DNA of 64,000 nt from Macrostomum lignano (taxonomy: Eukaryota), in assembly GCA_002269645.1 (NCBI GenBank), contig NIVC01001119.1, positions 124,001-188,000 of the forward strand, read 5' to 3'. Shown piece after piece: positions 1-12,712 of this stretch. The notes beneath the pieces are model-generated. The model was given only the letters and a program-made list of their open reading frames with translations, did not search any database and was not told the origin of the DNA. The position numbers and the translations under genes are program-made. Numbering within the stretch: the first letter of the stretch is position 1; each line of letters begins with the position of its first letter.

Positions 1-3000
1 TTCTCACCCATGACCGTTAGCATTAAGGAAGTAATAAATTTGTGTTAATACTTTGTTTTTAATTTTATTAAGCTCTAGTAGACAACCTTAGAGTCATTTA
101 AGCTGTATACAACTTACTTATAGCGCACTGCAGCTCTGCTTGTCGAATCTTTTTGGTCACACCAAAATACTTTTTACCTGCCTGCTAAAATAATTATTTT
201 CTAATATCCAATTGATAATAATAATAATAATAACAATCCACAATAATATCATTTTCATTGACTAATTAAGTAAGCCCATAGCCTTTTTTAGTTATTTGCC
301 CACGGGGCATAAAACAAACCAAGTTCTTATCTCAAAGAAAGCTCTGAGGCAAATTTTGTTTTGCAATATAAGAATTATGTTGATGACAGCTCTACCCTAC
401 TAAGAGTAAACAGCTCAACAAATTGACACAATAATTTATGGTGTCAGAAGCTCCTGTATTTACCATTTGAACAACTGTGTCATTAAAAGACTGCTTACCT
501 ATGATTACAACTACTCTCCCCTCAGAATTTGAGGACCCTGGCAGTAAGAGTAAAACAAGAGAAAGAATTTTGTTGTGATTCCTCTGCAGGATTTTTCTGG
601 ATTTGTTTGTGCAAATGCAACTAGCCAAATTTTCAAAATCCAAACCAACATATTATTTCTTTTCTCAACCCCCACCTTAAAATGATGAAGTGTCCTATTC
701 AAAATATGACATTTTAAAATAAAGCCAAAATTCTAAGAATGGACCTAATAGTATCTATTTAATAAAATAGTGTGGCAGTTAGGGGCTGCGACTGACCATT
801 TAAATTAATGCTTAATATTTTTTTGAAATTTTTTTATCTATTAGACCACCCCATGACCCTTTTCTGCTATCCCCAGTTTTTGGCCTATTATGTCCACGTT
901 GTGCCCCCAGCTGTTGGGATATTTCATCTTTTCTCCTGTTCCTGCGTTGGTTACCCTGCCCCTTTTTCTAGCCTTGCGAGTCCCTTGTTTGGTAATTTTG
1001 TTTGTGTCTATGTAATTCCGTGATGATTTCTTCCGTTCAATGCTTGGTCACCGCGACCACCTTTTGCCTCCAGCATTTGACCCCATTTGTCCATTTGCTG
1101 CAACTTTATTTTCTATTTAATGGTGCCCCTGGAGTTGCCCAACTTTCATTTCCCCTTGTCTTCTTTTTCTCTTCCTTCCTTCTTTTCCCACGGCTCCGGC
1201 TTTCTTCTTTACTTGAACCTTACTTTCCTTCCCTCTGCCAACCCATTCAATTTATCTATTAATATTTAAATCTGTGCGACTTACTTTGCAATAATTGTTT
1301 ATTAATTGGTCAATTGTTTTATTAAGTCAATTGTTTATTAATTGGTTATTAGTGCACCGCGGCATCGCTTGAATCATCCGCCAGATTAGGCTCGAGTATT
1401 CCCATTACTCTGTCACTTTGACATCTCTAGTGTGTTTTATTAATTCTCATACGGTTGCCAGTTTAATTCAGTTGCCAACAAACAGTTAAAACATCTTTTC
1501 CCTTTACTTAATAAACAATTTGCAACAATATTAAACTCTCATTAATTAATCCAAAGCCTAGCCTATTTTGAGTCATTTGCCCACGGGGCATAAAACTACC
1601 AAGTTCTTAATTCAAAGAAAGCTCTGAGACTTTAACGTCCTGTAATATATAAAATTACAATGGTGGCAGCCCTATTCTACTGTTAGTAACAAGTCAAACA
1701 TATGAGATACATTAAGTTTCAGTGTCTGAAGACCCGCTCTGAATGCTTGCGTCAACAAAGACTGCTTGCCTACGACTAAAACTACCATCCCCCCAGAATT
1801 GAGGACCCTGGCAGACAGAGTATCTACAAGACTTCTAAATTGGGATTTGTCCACGCAAATTTCTAGACTTAATTTGTGTGAACTAACAATGGCGCCAATT
1901 TGAAGGTCTGAGCCACTCAAACTTGACATTAAATCAAGTGAACACCAGACAACCACCCAATCTAAACTGCCCCCATCTCAATAGCAATCATTGATATATA
2001 TATATAGATCCCCTCTTTTTAAGATATATAGGCCATAGTTTGGAACAGTCTATAGGGCCTATGTATCCCAGAAAAAACAACCAAATTTTTTGGTGCATGC
2101 CATAGTTTGGAATAGTCTATATGTACCCTAGAAAAAATATGGCCAAATTTTTTTGTGTAGGCCCACTATGACTGATATATACTATACCAAATACATTACC
2201 TATGCATACATTACCTATGACCATGCAAAGCTTCAAATTTCAATTTTGTAATGGTAGCCTAGTAGACTAGTACTAGACTAGTGGTTTTGATATTTAATTT
2301 CAATTAGATTAACTAAAAATAATAATTATATTAGTATTAGTATACTAAAACATTTAATGATTTAATATATTATTAGATAGGCTTACAAATAGGGCACAAG
2401 TATAATAGGCCCAAATCGTAATTTTTTAATGTAGGTTAGGCTCCTATTATTAGAATTGATTAGTTCTAATTGATAATTGATAAACTTTTAGATTAAAACA
2501 GACAAGATAATTAATTTTCTGCATTAATTAGAATATTGGCATATATCTAACATTGTAATACTGGAATTAGCATAAGCGCTGCCAATTAGTAGTAAAGCAC
2601 TACATTGCTACACTAGACTATCAGTTATACAGAGTACACACCAGTTAGTTTCAATAGTTTGTTTGGCCTTCGAGGAAATTGATATAGTCATCTCTCTAGA
2701 GATATCGAGTGTGGAAAATCTGAAATCGCCTATTTTAAACAATCGATGTACCTGACGTAACTAAACAAAAAAAATTATAAGTTTTTACGCAGATAAAAGT
2801 TACAAAGGCACTATGAGATAGATTAACATTTAGTTTTTACAAAACTATTGCAATTTCACTAAAAATTCTAAGTTCTATTTAGTTTATTTTAAGGAAGCAA
2901 TTGGTGATAGTGCCATCTCCCCACTCAAGGTTTATTATTGTGTAGATTTTATTGCGTTATGTATTATTGTTTATCTTCGTAGAAAATTAATTGTAAGAAT

Positions 3001-4766
3001 TACTATGCACGTAAGCTGCTCGCCGCTAGATTACGGATTAACCGTGTAGTTCCATTTTATATTAATCAGTTTCTCCGGCCCAATCTGGCCCCATTGTGCA
3101 TATCTCATGCAATTTATTATTATCGTTTTCATAGCTATTCTAATTGTACGTACCATAGTAATTTGCAATCAACAAATAAATTATCTAAAGTAGCGAGCAG
3201 GTTTCAATTTAAACCTACATATATTTAAGCCTAATTAGTGCAAATATGGAAGAAAGGTAGTGCGGAGTACCCGAAAATTGGGGAGACACCGGGAATATGT
3301 CCCCCCCCCTGGAGGGTTAGGACGACCCTGGTGGTCCCTGGACATTTCGGTGACAAGACGTTTCGGTGACAAATTTAGACAATTCGGTGACACGTTTTAA
3401 AAATGAAAGTTAATTTTGTCTGTAAGATAATATACTCATGAACCAAGAGTTAAAACTTAAAACTCGTCATATTTTATTGTCTTATGTTGATTTCGTCACT
3501 GACACACTGACTTTGTTATATCTACACACTTACATATTGGATCCTGCACCTGTTCAGATAGGTCAGTCGGCCGAGGCGACCAAGGACCATGCACTGTATA
3601 CATGACACAGTGGTCCTTGAAGGCGACACGGCAAGCCGCTTATTTCACATACTGCATCATTTGCGACATAATCTGCATGGATATACCCGTATCCAGGGCA
3701 ACATATGGTAGCATATTTTTACTGCACGATTGATGCAAACAAGTTGGGTTGTACAATGTACATGTAGTTTGTTACTATACTTACATGTATATCAGTATTA
3801 TAGTATTTACCTCCTGATGATTGCAAAATGTTATTTTTTATGTATTGTTTCGATGCACACCACAAACTTCAATAATTTTATGGCTGCTACATATGTATAA
3901 TGGACATGTAATAGATTACATGTATACATGTACATATGAACCACATGCGAGAAATGACTTCAGGTTTTGACTTTTGAAAAGATCAGCTACACTAGGTGGA
4001 TTGGTATGACGATCTATGACTATGATTACTATGACTGGACTTATGACATGACTACTCGAGTATGATGATATATATGATTGCTATGATCATGACTATGGCT
4101 ATGATCACGTTATGAAGACGGCGGGTTTACATGCAATGGGCTACTGAAAAGCAAAGCAGCGGCATTTCCGCGATTTTCCCCTGGGGCGGTCCCCGGCCGT
4201 CGGACCCCAGCTGGTGTGGCCGGCGCGGTGCACCTCAGCTATTTTTCCACCGGGATGTAGCTGCTCCAATTTTGCTCTTTTTGGCTTTGTGCGAGAACGA
4301 TGCAAGTTGCTGTACATGTGCTGCAACTGTACATGTGTGAATAAACATGCAGCACGCATAGAGTTAAGGCGATATTAGGAAGAAAATACAGTGATATGAC
4401 GCGATGGTAAAATTTGCAAAACGCGTGTCTCATGGGAAAGGAAATTAAGGATGAAATCCCGCTGAGTTCAGAAAGGGTCACGTTAGAGCTTAGAGAGAAA
4501 TGAGAGACTAACGAGGGGGGGGGGAATAAAGGAAATAAAGACGGGGGAAAGAGAGTCCACATTAAGCTTAATAAATTGTATAATTTGCTTTTCAGAACTT
4601 GCTGTGCTACATGTAAATCGGCAAGTCTTTATGAAGAAATCTTTATGATCGAACAATGAAGAAATCTTTCTTCATTGTTCGATCAATATTAGCACCTTTG
4701 ATGGTTCAATTTTGCAGAACAGTAAGCTTGTTAAGTAAACCAATTGTGCTTACAGGGATTACAATA

Positions 4767-5075
4767 TCTACATCTAAATATACTAAATCTCTAAGGTTTG
4801 TATGCTTGCTTGTCCATAACGCTCTAGTGCATTACTAACAATGCTAATTCTGGAATGGCAAGCACCAATGATTTGGTTGCGCGTTTGCTACCATTCTAAA
4901 GCAAAATCATTGTTAGCAGAGAAGCATCGCGCTCGTAAGATGATATAATGTTTGTTTTTGCCACGCCATTCGGGTTAGCAAAGTAGTAGAACAAACGGAT
5001 TGCGTATGAAATATGAATGCGCATGAATTTAAAGACTCGGTATCCGAGGCGCTAATACGAGTATATAACTTCTAG
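4767..5075 (+). mobile_element. possible short non-autonomous Helitron nested in the MULE
   Basis: It starts A|TCTACATCTAAATATACTAAATC...GTTTGTATGCTTGCTTG and ends with hairpin CTCGGTAT-N11-ATACGAG, 10 nt, then CTAG. The 3' flank is C rather than the usual T. Confidence 0.4.
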
Positions 5076-5591
5076 CAAAGTAGAGCGATAGTTCTTCGAA
5101 CTCTAGACGCATATTCACAGCTCTGCTGGTTCTAACCTTTAATCAGCCAAATAGTTTTTTATTCATGGACGATTACTGCCCAAAATGCAGCCATTCTGTT
5201 AGCGGCCGCCAACATGCACTTGACTGTGATAGATGCAAGTTTTGGTATCATCGACTCTGTTCAACAGGTAAGATTCTACACTTCGCTATTTTTCCCAACA
5301 TGTTCGTATTTAAGAGAAAAGGTATTCCACCACAAATTCTATACGTAACTTCGCCAAAATTTCACTTTCCCATAATTTCATTTACCCGAAATATCACTCC
5401 CAAGTATCTCAAAGCAATTGCATACACGCATGTGTGTAGTAAGTACATGTACAGTACACGCCACGCCTTTTTGTTATCATTTTAGGGCGCGCCAGCATCT
5501 CTATGGCTAAATATCGTGAGTTACAACGCCGCAGCTCCTTTAACTGGTGATGCCCAAACTGCAGTTTAGCGGACAATGAGGTTGCCGTAGT

Positions 5592-5956
5592 TGCAGCGGA
5601 TGAGGAACGTGAGCAGGTTGCTACAGCCAGCGAATCTGAGGATGGAGCTGCAGCGGATGAGGAACGTGAGCAGGTTGCTACAGCCAGCGAATCTGAGGAT
5701 GGAGCTGCAGCGGATGAGGAAAGTGAGCAGGTTGCTACAGCCAGCGAATCTGAGGATGGAGCTGCAGCGGATGAGGAAAGTGAGCAGGTTGCTACAGCCA
5801 GCGAATCTGAGGATGGAGCTGCAGCGGATGAGGAACGTGAGCAGGTTGCTACAGCCAGCGAATCTGAGGATGGAGCTGCAGCGGATGAGGAAAGTGAGCA
5901 GGTTGCTACAGCCAGCGAATCTGAGGATGGAGCTGCAGCGGATGAGGAACGTGAGC
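5592..5956 (+). repeat. 57-bp tandem repeat (6 full copies + partial) inside transposase exon 2
   Basis: Unit TGCAGCGGATGAGGAA(C/A)GTGAGCAGGTTGCTACAGCCAGCGAATCTGAGGATGGAGC starts at 5592, 5649, 5706, 5763, 5820, 5877 and 5934. It encodes AADEEREQVATASESEDGA in the transposase frame. Confidence 0.95.
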
Positions 5957-6574
5957 CCTTCATCGTCGGCGTGGTGCTCGTGAATACTATCGTTGCACTC
6001 AGCGCAGTCGTCCTACCCCTTGTTGTGCTACTCTAATTCGCAGTGCCGGTGAAGAATTCAAGCATGGGAAAAGCGGGCACAGCCATGCACCAACCCTTGG
6101 TGCTTCTGCTACTCGAAAGATTTATCAAGACGTAAAAGTTGCTGCCGCAACATAAATCTGCGGCACAGCTTACAGATGATGAGCGCGAACTCACTTCCTC
6201 GACGGTAGCGAACTTGCCGAATCCAACAAATCTAATTAGAGCTGCAAACCGGTTTCGCGAAAGAGGCAGGCCAGAGGAGCCTAGGGATTTAAACTTCCAA
6301 CTGCAGTTGGAAGCCTTGCCCAACGGATTTCTCAGAAGTGGTGTCCAGGTTGAATTAGGAAGACGACACTTAGTATTTGCTACTAATCATCAGTTGACAC
6401 TACTGAGTAGTGCCCACGACGGCCATTTGTGCAACTTTACTCGATTCATGGCTTTCTCCGTGCTGAAGGACATCTGAAACAGGTAAGCATGCAATAGGTC
6501 AATATTACGATCGTACTCAGCTCTAATATACAGAATTCGAATCCCCGGAACTATTTTTGAATCCTGATGAATCA

Positions 6575-6915
6575 TACAACATCTCGTCTTCTCTTCACTC
6601 TCCTCTTTTCTTCGTCTCTCTCCTCTCTTCTCTCTTGTCTCTGCTCTCCTTTCTCCTCTTTCATCTCTGCTCTCATCTCTTCTCTATATTCTCTTCTTTC
6701 TACTCTTTTCTTTTTCCTCCCTCTCTCCTCTGTCATCCTATATACTAAATCTATCTTCTATTATCTCTCCTCTCTTCTCTCCTCTCTCATCTCTTCTCTC
6801 TTCTCTCCTAACATTTCTCTCCTCTCTCTTCTCACTACTCTCTCTGCCTCTTCTTTTCTGTCCTCTCTACTATCTCTGCCTCTTCTATTCTCTCCTCTCT
6901 ACTCTCTACTCTTCC
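6575..6915. repeat. CT-rich low-complexity tract in MULE intron 2
   Basis: Degenerate (CTCTT/CTCT)n lying between donor 6483 and acceptor 7185. Confidence 0.85.
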
Positions 6916-9900
6916 ACATCTCGCCAAATAAGGGAAGGAGAGAGAGGCGGATGTTGGGGTGGCTGTCTCGATGACAAAAGCAGACTAACTTTAAAAGAGT
7001 TTAAAACACACACCCACTAACACACAGAGCTTTCATTTTTATACATAGGTATAGATTATACAATTATTGGATATAGGTTCTGAAGGTTTTTTCGTTGATC
7101 AGCTCACTTTGTACGTGATTATAGCTATATACATGTGTGTACTGTATCCATGTATTGCAATTCCGCCGTTTTAAACTAATGGCAGGTCCCATTAGTGTTT
7201 GTCCTAATGTCTGGAAGAAAAAAGCGCGACTACAAGGCAATCCTGCGTGAAATTCGGAGACTAGTTCCTAACATGGACCCGACGAGTTTTGTCCTGGATT
7301 TCGAGCACTCTGTGTGGAAGGCGATCCGGAGGGTCTTCCCAAATGCTAACGTTCGTGGCTGCAATTTTCACTGGACTCAAGCAGTTTGGCGCAAAGTCCA
7401 GAACATAGGGGACTTCAACAGTCCTATCAAGAAGATGAAGGCACGCAAAAGTTCGTCCGGAAAATTATGGCCTTGCCTTATTTGCCTGCGGACACTATTG
7501 TGGCAGCCTTTGACGAGCTTCGGTCAGAAAATGCCGTTGCAGCTGACGAACGTCTAGTTGAGCTCTGTAATTACGTTAGCAGCACCTGGCTAACGGAGGG
7601 CCATCAATGGACTCCAGGAGACGTTTCTGTATTTGGCCAGCCAATACGAACCAACAACAACAACGAAGCCTTAATCGCAAAGCGGGACGACGGAACCTGC
7701 ACTTCTACCTGCTGGTCCAACTTATTTAGCTCGTATGATGAGGCTGCCCTAGTACCTCTTCAATCCAATCTGCTATCTAGAGGTATGCTTTCTCGTGAAC
7801 AACGGAAGACGTATGGAACTGTTCAGTCCAGTCTGTTCCGATATTGGGCAGAGTTCGATTCTGCAGTAACCGAACCGTACGACAGCTTCTTCGAGCCTGT
7901 GGTCGGCTGTGTAATCCCAAGTGATCGAACCCTCTCAGGACAATGGCCTGTGTGCTGGATGACGGCCACAGGCACAGAGCGGAATCTGTTGGACGGCCGC
8001 CTGTGCTAATGACGTTTATAGCCATCTATATGTTAGCAAACAATTGAAAGTTATTAACCATCTTTCAATTCATAATATTTGCATGTATTGTTAATTATTT
8101 CGAATAGGATTCTTCTTCACTGCTATAGTTTATCGCCAATTGACAACTTCTGTACTTTCAACTTTCTGCTGTTCATTTTCGAAGACTATAATTGGCTGTT
8201 TTTTTCTGTTGTAAAACCCATTAAAATCCACAATAATCACAAATCGCTATGCCATGTATATTTTCATGTTTTAATATTCGGTATTTTGGAAATTAAGTCT
8301 ATTTTCTTCTTTAAACTTAAAATAAGTGTACATGCATGTACGAAATGTCTGATTTTAACGTAACAATTAACAAACCAATGCCTTGTAGCTGTGAGCAAAT
8401 ATTTAACTAACAATAACTATTAAAATATACCATTAAAATATTATGCCTTTTTGACGTAAATTTCCTTGAATTTGCAATAATCAATAAGGCCCTAGACCTT
8501 ACTAAGTCCTAAGCCCTTATTAACTTTCATAAAATTGAAATAAATTTCAGTGTAGAGATATAACAAAGTCAGTGACGAAATCAACGCAAAAACAATAAAA
8601 TACGCTCGTATGAAGAGTTTTGAGTACTACCTCTTGTTCATGAGCATATTATCTTACAAACAAAATTAACTCATATTTTTAAAACGTGTCACCGAAACGT
8701 CCAGGGACCAATTTCTTTACCGTCTTTGCATTTTGCTTATATCTGCTTCCAAGGACCCCCCCCCCTACCGTGAATCCTGGCTACGCGCCAGCTGCATATG
8801 GTTGTACGGGTGCAGCAGTGCTGAGAGGAGCAGAAACTCCTGGTAGCAATCGATTCGTTATTGCCTAAATATATAAAATATTGTGTTTTATTGCAGTTTG
8901 ATTAATAATTTACTTACTGTTAGTCGGGAAAATGCAGAATACTGCAGAGCCGTGGAATTAACGAACTTATTAATCCCAACTGCATGTGAATGCCGCGCAC
9001 CTGTGTAGTGTAGCTCTGATCAAAGACCTCCCTGAAGGAAAAACTACGTGTATAATTACAGGGCAGAGCACCGCGCTCATTACCAGTACATACAATTGTC
9101 CTGCCTGGGCAAAACAGCGCTCTCAGCATTGACTAGACCTTATGTCTCGAGGCCTAAGCCTCGCACATAGAGTCTTTAATTCAGCCCTCAAATCTTTGTC
9201 CGCAATGACTGGGAGAGATCTCATACGTCTCATTAGTACTAATGGAGTCTCAGGCCGTGCACTTTTTCACAACTGGGTGATATACTATTGATACTTAGAA
9301 TTTAATGAAATATGAATGACAGAAAATCTTAAAGTTAATGGCATCCGGCAGGCTTGGAAAAAAACAATGTAAGTTGTTCGCACATACAGTATATGATAGA
9401 ATGTTATGAATGCATGCGATTTGTCGAGAAAATGGTTAAAATATGAGTATTTATTTTTGGGGTTACAAACAGCAAGGATAACTAAAATACAAAAAAATGA
9501 TGCTGACGTACAATCTGAACAGCGAACACCACAAAAGCGCAAATCTTTATTGTTTATGGCTATTAGACCTTTTCTGCAATAATATTTTAGGTGTCTCATT
9601 TAATACAACGACAGTTAAGCAACACAACACGAGCAGTATATACTCGATTCAATAATTTACAGTAGGATTCATAATTAATTAATTAATATCTTTACGCCTT
9701 CACCTTCGAAAGAATACAGAAACAATAAAACATAGCTGCAGCTATGCCAACAACACAGAGCCGCATTGTGCATTATGACAATTAATTAATTATGAATAGA
9801 AAATAAATAAGCAATGCGGCAATCTTCAATGACAGGGCAATTCATGTCCTATAGGACTATAGTAAAAATGAAATAATAGAATTAATAATTAAAACACAGA

Positions 9901-10041
9901 CATGAAGTTACATATAACACGAGCTGGCGAAATATCATAACGTCAAAATTTGTTGCTGTATTTTGACGTACAGTTTGCAAGCGTTCTGATTTTTTTCACA
10001 GCGGGTAATTCATGTCCTCCCTAAAATATCAATAACTTTTA

Positions 10042-10555
10042 AGGGGCGCCAGCTACAGAGGGGGCGCCATGCAGCTACAGAGGGGGCGCCAGTTACAGAG
10101 GGGGCGCCAGTTACAGAGGGGGGCGCCAGTTACAGACGGGGCGCCATGCAGCTACAGAGGGGGGCGCCAGCTACATAAGGGGGGCGCCATGCAGCTACAG
10201 AGGGGGGCGCCAGTTACAGACGGGGCGCCATGCAGCTACAGAGGGGGGCGCCAGCTACAGAGGGAGCGCAAGTTAGTAGAGAGGGGGCACCAGTTACAGA
10301 CGGGGCGCCATGCAGTTACAGAGGGGGCGCCAGTTACAGACGGGCGCCATGCAGTTACAGAGGGGGCGCCAGTTACAGAGGGGGCGCCAGCTACAGACGG
10401 GGCGCCAGCTACAGACGGGGCGCCATGCAGCTATAGAGGGGGCGCCAGTTACAGAGGGGCGCCAGCTACAGACGGGGCGGCATGCAGCTACAGAGGGGGG
10501 CGCCAGCTACATAAGGGGGGCGCCAGCTACAGAGGAGGGCGCCAGCTCCAGAGGG
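10042..10555. repeat. GC-rich minisatellite, 15-18 bp units GGGGCGCCA(TGCA)G(C/T)TACAGA
   Basis: About 30 variable units built on the palindrome GGCGCC, about 200 bp downstream of the GPCR stop codon. Confidence 0.9.
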
Positions 10556-10767
10556 CCCAGACGACAGAGGTTCTTGTAACTGCACAGCTGGAAACTGGCT
10601 GGCAACAACAAGCTGCTTTGCTAGGCAGTGCGTGGACGAAAAAGCTTGCCGACAGATGCTTCTTTTAGAAGATTTTCATCTAAAATATGCAGCTGGCAAT
10701 TCTGGCACTCCCGTAAACCCCACTCTACTGCATGCATGATAAAATCACAATCATTCTCGGCCGGCTT

Positions 10768-11660
10768 TCAACCTGATCTCCGACAGAAAAGCGTCTTAGC
10801 GGCGTAGCGCTGAAACACCCGGCTCAGACACCAGTAGAGGAAGGGGCAGGCGGCGCTGTGCAGGTAGACGAGGGCCTGCGAATAAGGATAGACGCTGGTG
10901 AGCACGGCTGCCAGATGCGGCCTATCCTGCAGCAGAAAATCCTGCAGCACAATAATCAGATCCTTGGGAAACCAACAGAAGAAGAACACGGCCACCAGTA
11001 CCACCACGGTGCGGACTGTTCGCTGCTGCAACACCCGGGCATGGTAGGCGGCCGTGGCGGCGGCGGCGGCGGCAGCGGGAGTCGGAGCCGGCCTGCAGTC
11101 CTCGTCGTGCTGTCTGTCAATAAATGGCGTCTCAACGACTCTGAGCGACAGAGAAGCGACGGCCTCTGTAGCAGCCGATGGGGCCTGGATGGCGTGTCTC
11201 TGACGCTGCTGCTGCTGTTGCTGCCCGCTGGCCAACCGAGCAAACTGGCGACTGATGAACCGGGCGGTGAACCCGTAGGAGAAGGCCAGGACAATGCACG
11301 GGGACAGGAACAGCATGAACAGAAAGTAGGCCGAGAACGCTTTCTGCACTGACTGACCGGTCGGGTAGCGCCGAAACTCCGAGCACAGGTACATCACTTG
11401 GCGGTTACCAATTTCGAACGGTAGAGTGGTCAGGTTTACAATGTCCTTGACGAAGATTTCTTCAAGGGAGACGGCGAACAGGGCTGGGATGGAGGCCACA
11501 ACGGCGCAAGCCCATATGGCCGCTGCCACCACGCGGTAACCGCGCCCGCCGGCGGGGGTCGGCGGAACAGCCCGATTGTCGAGGGCAGCGGCAGCGCTCT
11601 GGCGGGCTCGGACAATGGCGATAGAGGCCAGGGAGAAACTGTTCACGCTGAAGGCCAGGC
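10768..11660 (-). CDS. class A (rhodopsin-like) GPCR, peptide-receptor-like, exon 2 (TM3 end to C-terminus)
   Basis: Acceptor CTCTAG|GC at 11661/11660 continues phase 1 from exon 1 (E-G|-LAFSVNSFSLASIAIVR). It contains TM4 IWACAVVASIP, ECL2 Cys (YLCSE), TM5 LSPCIVLAFSY, TM6 FFFCWFP and TM7 HSAACPFLY. TGA stop at 10768-10770. Confidence 0.9.
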
Positions 11661-11682
11661 CTAGAGCAGCACGGAGAAATAG

Positions 11683-12712
11683 CGTGCAATTAACCCAGCC
11701 ATTCTAGCCCGCCCCCTTACACTGCAACCCCACAACCCAGAGATTCTAGCCCCCACCCCACATACACACACCGCAACCCCCAATTCCGTGCAATTAACCC
11801 AGCCATTCTAGCCCTCCACACCGCAACCCCCAATTCCGTGCAATTAACCCAGCCATTCTAGCCCTCCACACCGCAACCCCCAATTCCGTGCAATTAACCC
11901 AGCCATTCTAGCCCTCCACACCGCAACCCCCAATTCCGTGCAATTAACCCAGCCATTCTAGCCCTCCACACCGCAACCCCCAATTCCGTGCAATTAACCC
12001 AGCCATTCTAGCCCTCCACACCGCAACCCCCAATTCCGTGCAATTAACCCAGCTATTCTAGCCCTCCACACCGCAACCCCCAATTCCGTGCGATTAAACC
12101 CAGACATTCTGCCCCCCCCCACACAGCAACTTCCAACCTTGTGCAATTGAACCCAGACATTCTGACCCCCACCCCACATACACACACCGCAACCCCCAAT
12201 CCTGTGCAATTAAACCCAGACATTCTGACCCCCACCCCACATACACACACCGCAACCCCCAATCCTGTGCAATTAACCCAGCCATTCTAGCCCTCCACAC
12301 CGCAACCCCCAATTCCGTGCAATTAACCCAGCCATTCTAGCCCTCCACACCGCAACCCCCAATTCCGTGCAATTAACCCAGCCATTCTAGCCCTCCACAC
12401 CGCAACCCCCAATTCCGTGCAATTAACCCAGCTATTCTAGCCCTCCACACCGCAACCCCAATTCCGTGCAATTAAACCCAGACATTCTGACCCCCACCCC
12501 ACATACACACACCGCAACCCCCAATCCTGTGCAATTAAACCCAGACATTCTGACCCCCACCCCACATACACACACCGCAACCCTCAATCCTGTGCAATTA
12601 AACCCAGACATTCTGACCCCCACCCCACATACACACACCGCAACCCCCAATCCTGTGCAATTAACCCAGCCATTACGAGCTATAGCCCCGACAAACACAC
12701 ACCGCAACCCCC
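11683..12712. repeat. 50-bp / 63-bp minisatellite at 3' end of GPCR intron
   Basis: Units GTGCAATTAACCCAGCCATTCTAGCCCTCCACACCGCAACCCCCAATTCC (period 50) interspersed with a 63-bp variant. The array ends about 22 nt from the acceptor. Confidence 0.95.

Larger units (their letters stand above)
5165..8009 (+). pseudogene. PHD-finger + MULE transposase pseudogene (exons 5165-5267, 5486-6482, 7186-about 8009)
   Basis: PHD motif CPKC...CDRC..WYHRLC|...W*CPNC is split by a GT-AG intron, with an in-frame TGA at 5548-5550. MULE motifs are RRHLVFAT, PFVQLYSIHGF...KQ|VPLVFVLMSG, VLDFE, VRGCNFHWTQAVWRKVQ and IRTNN. There is a deletion/frameshift near 6420-6440 in the DGTF region and a frameshift near 7410. 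Confidence 0.85.
3332..8710 (+). mobile_element. Mutator-like (MULE) DNA transposon, decayed autonomous-type copy
   Basis: Left TIR 3332-3530 (TGGTCCCTGGACATTTCGGTGACA...) and right TIR 8549-8710 (...GTGTCACCGAAACGTCCAGGGACCA) align as inverted repeats over about 160 bp. They enclose a spliced MULE transposase. No target-site duplication is visible in the flanks. Confidence 0.9.
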
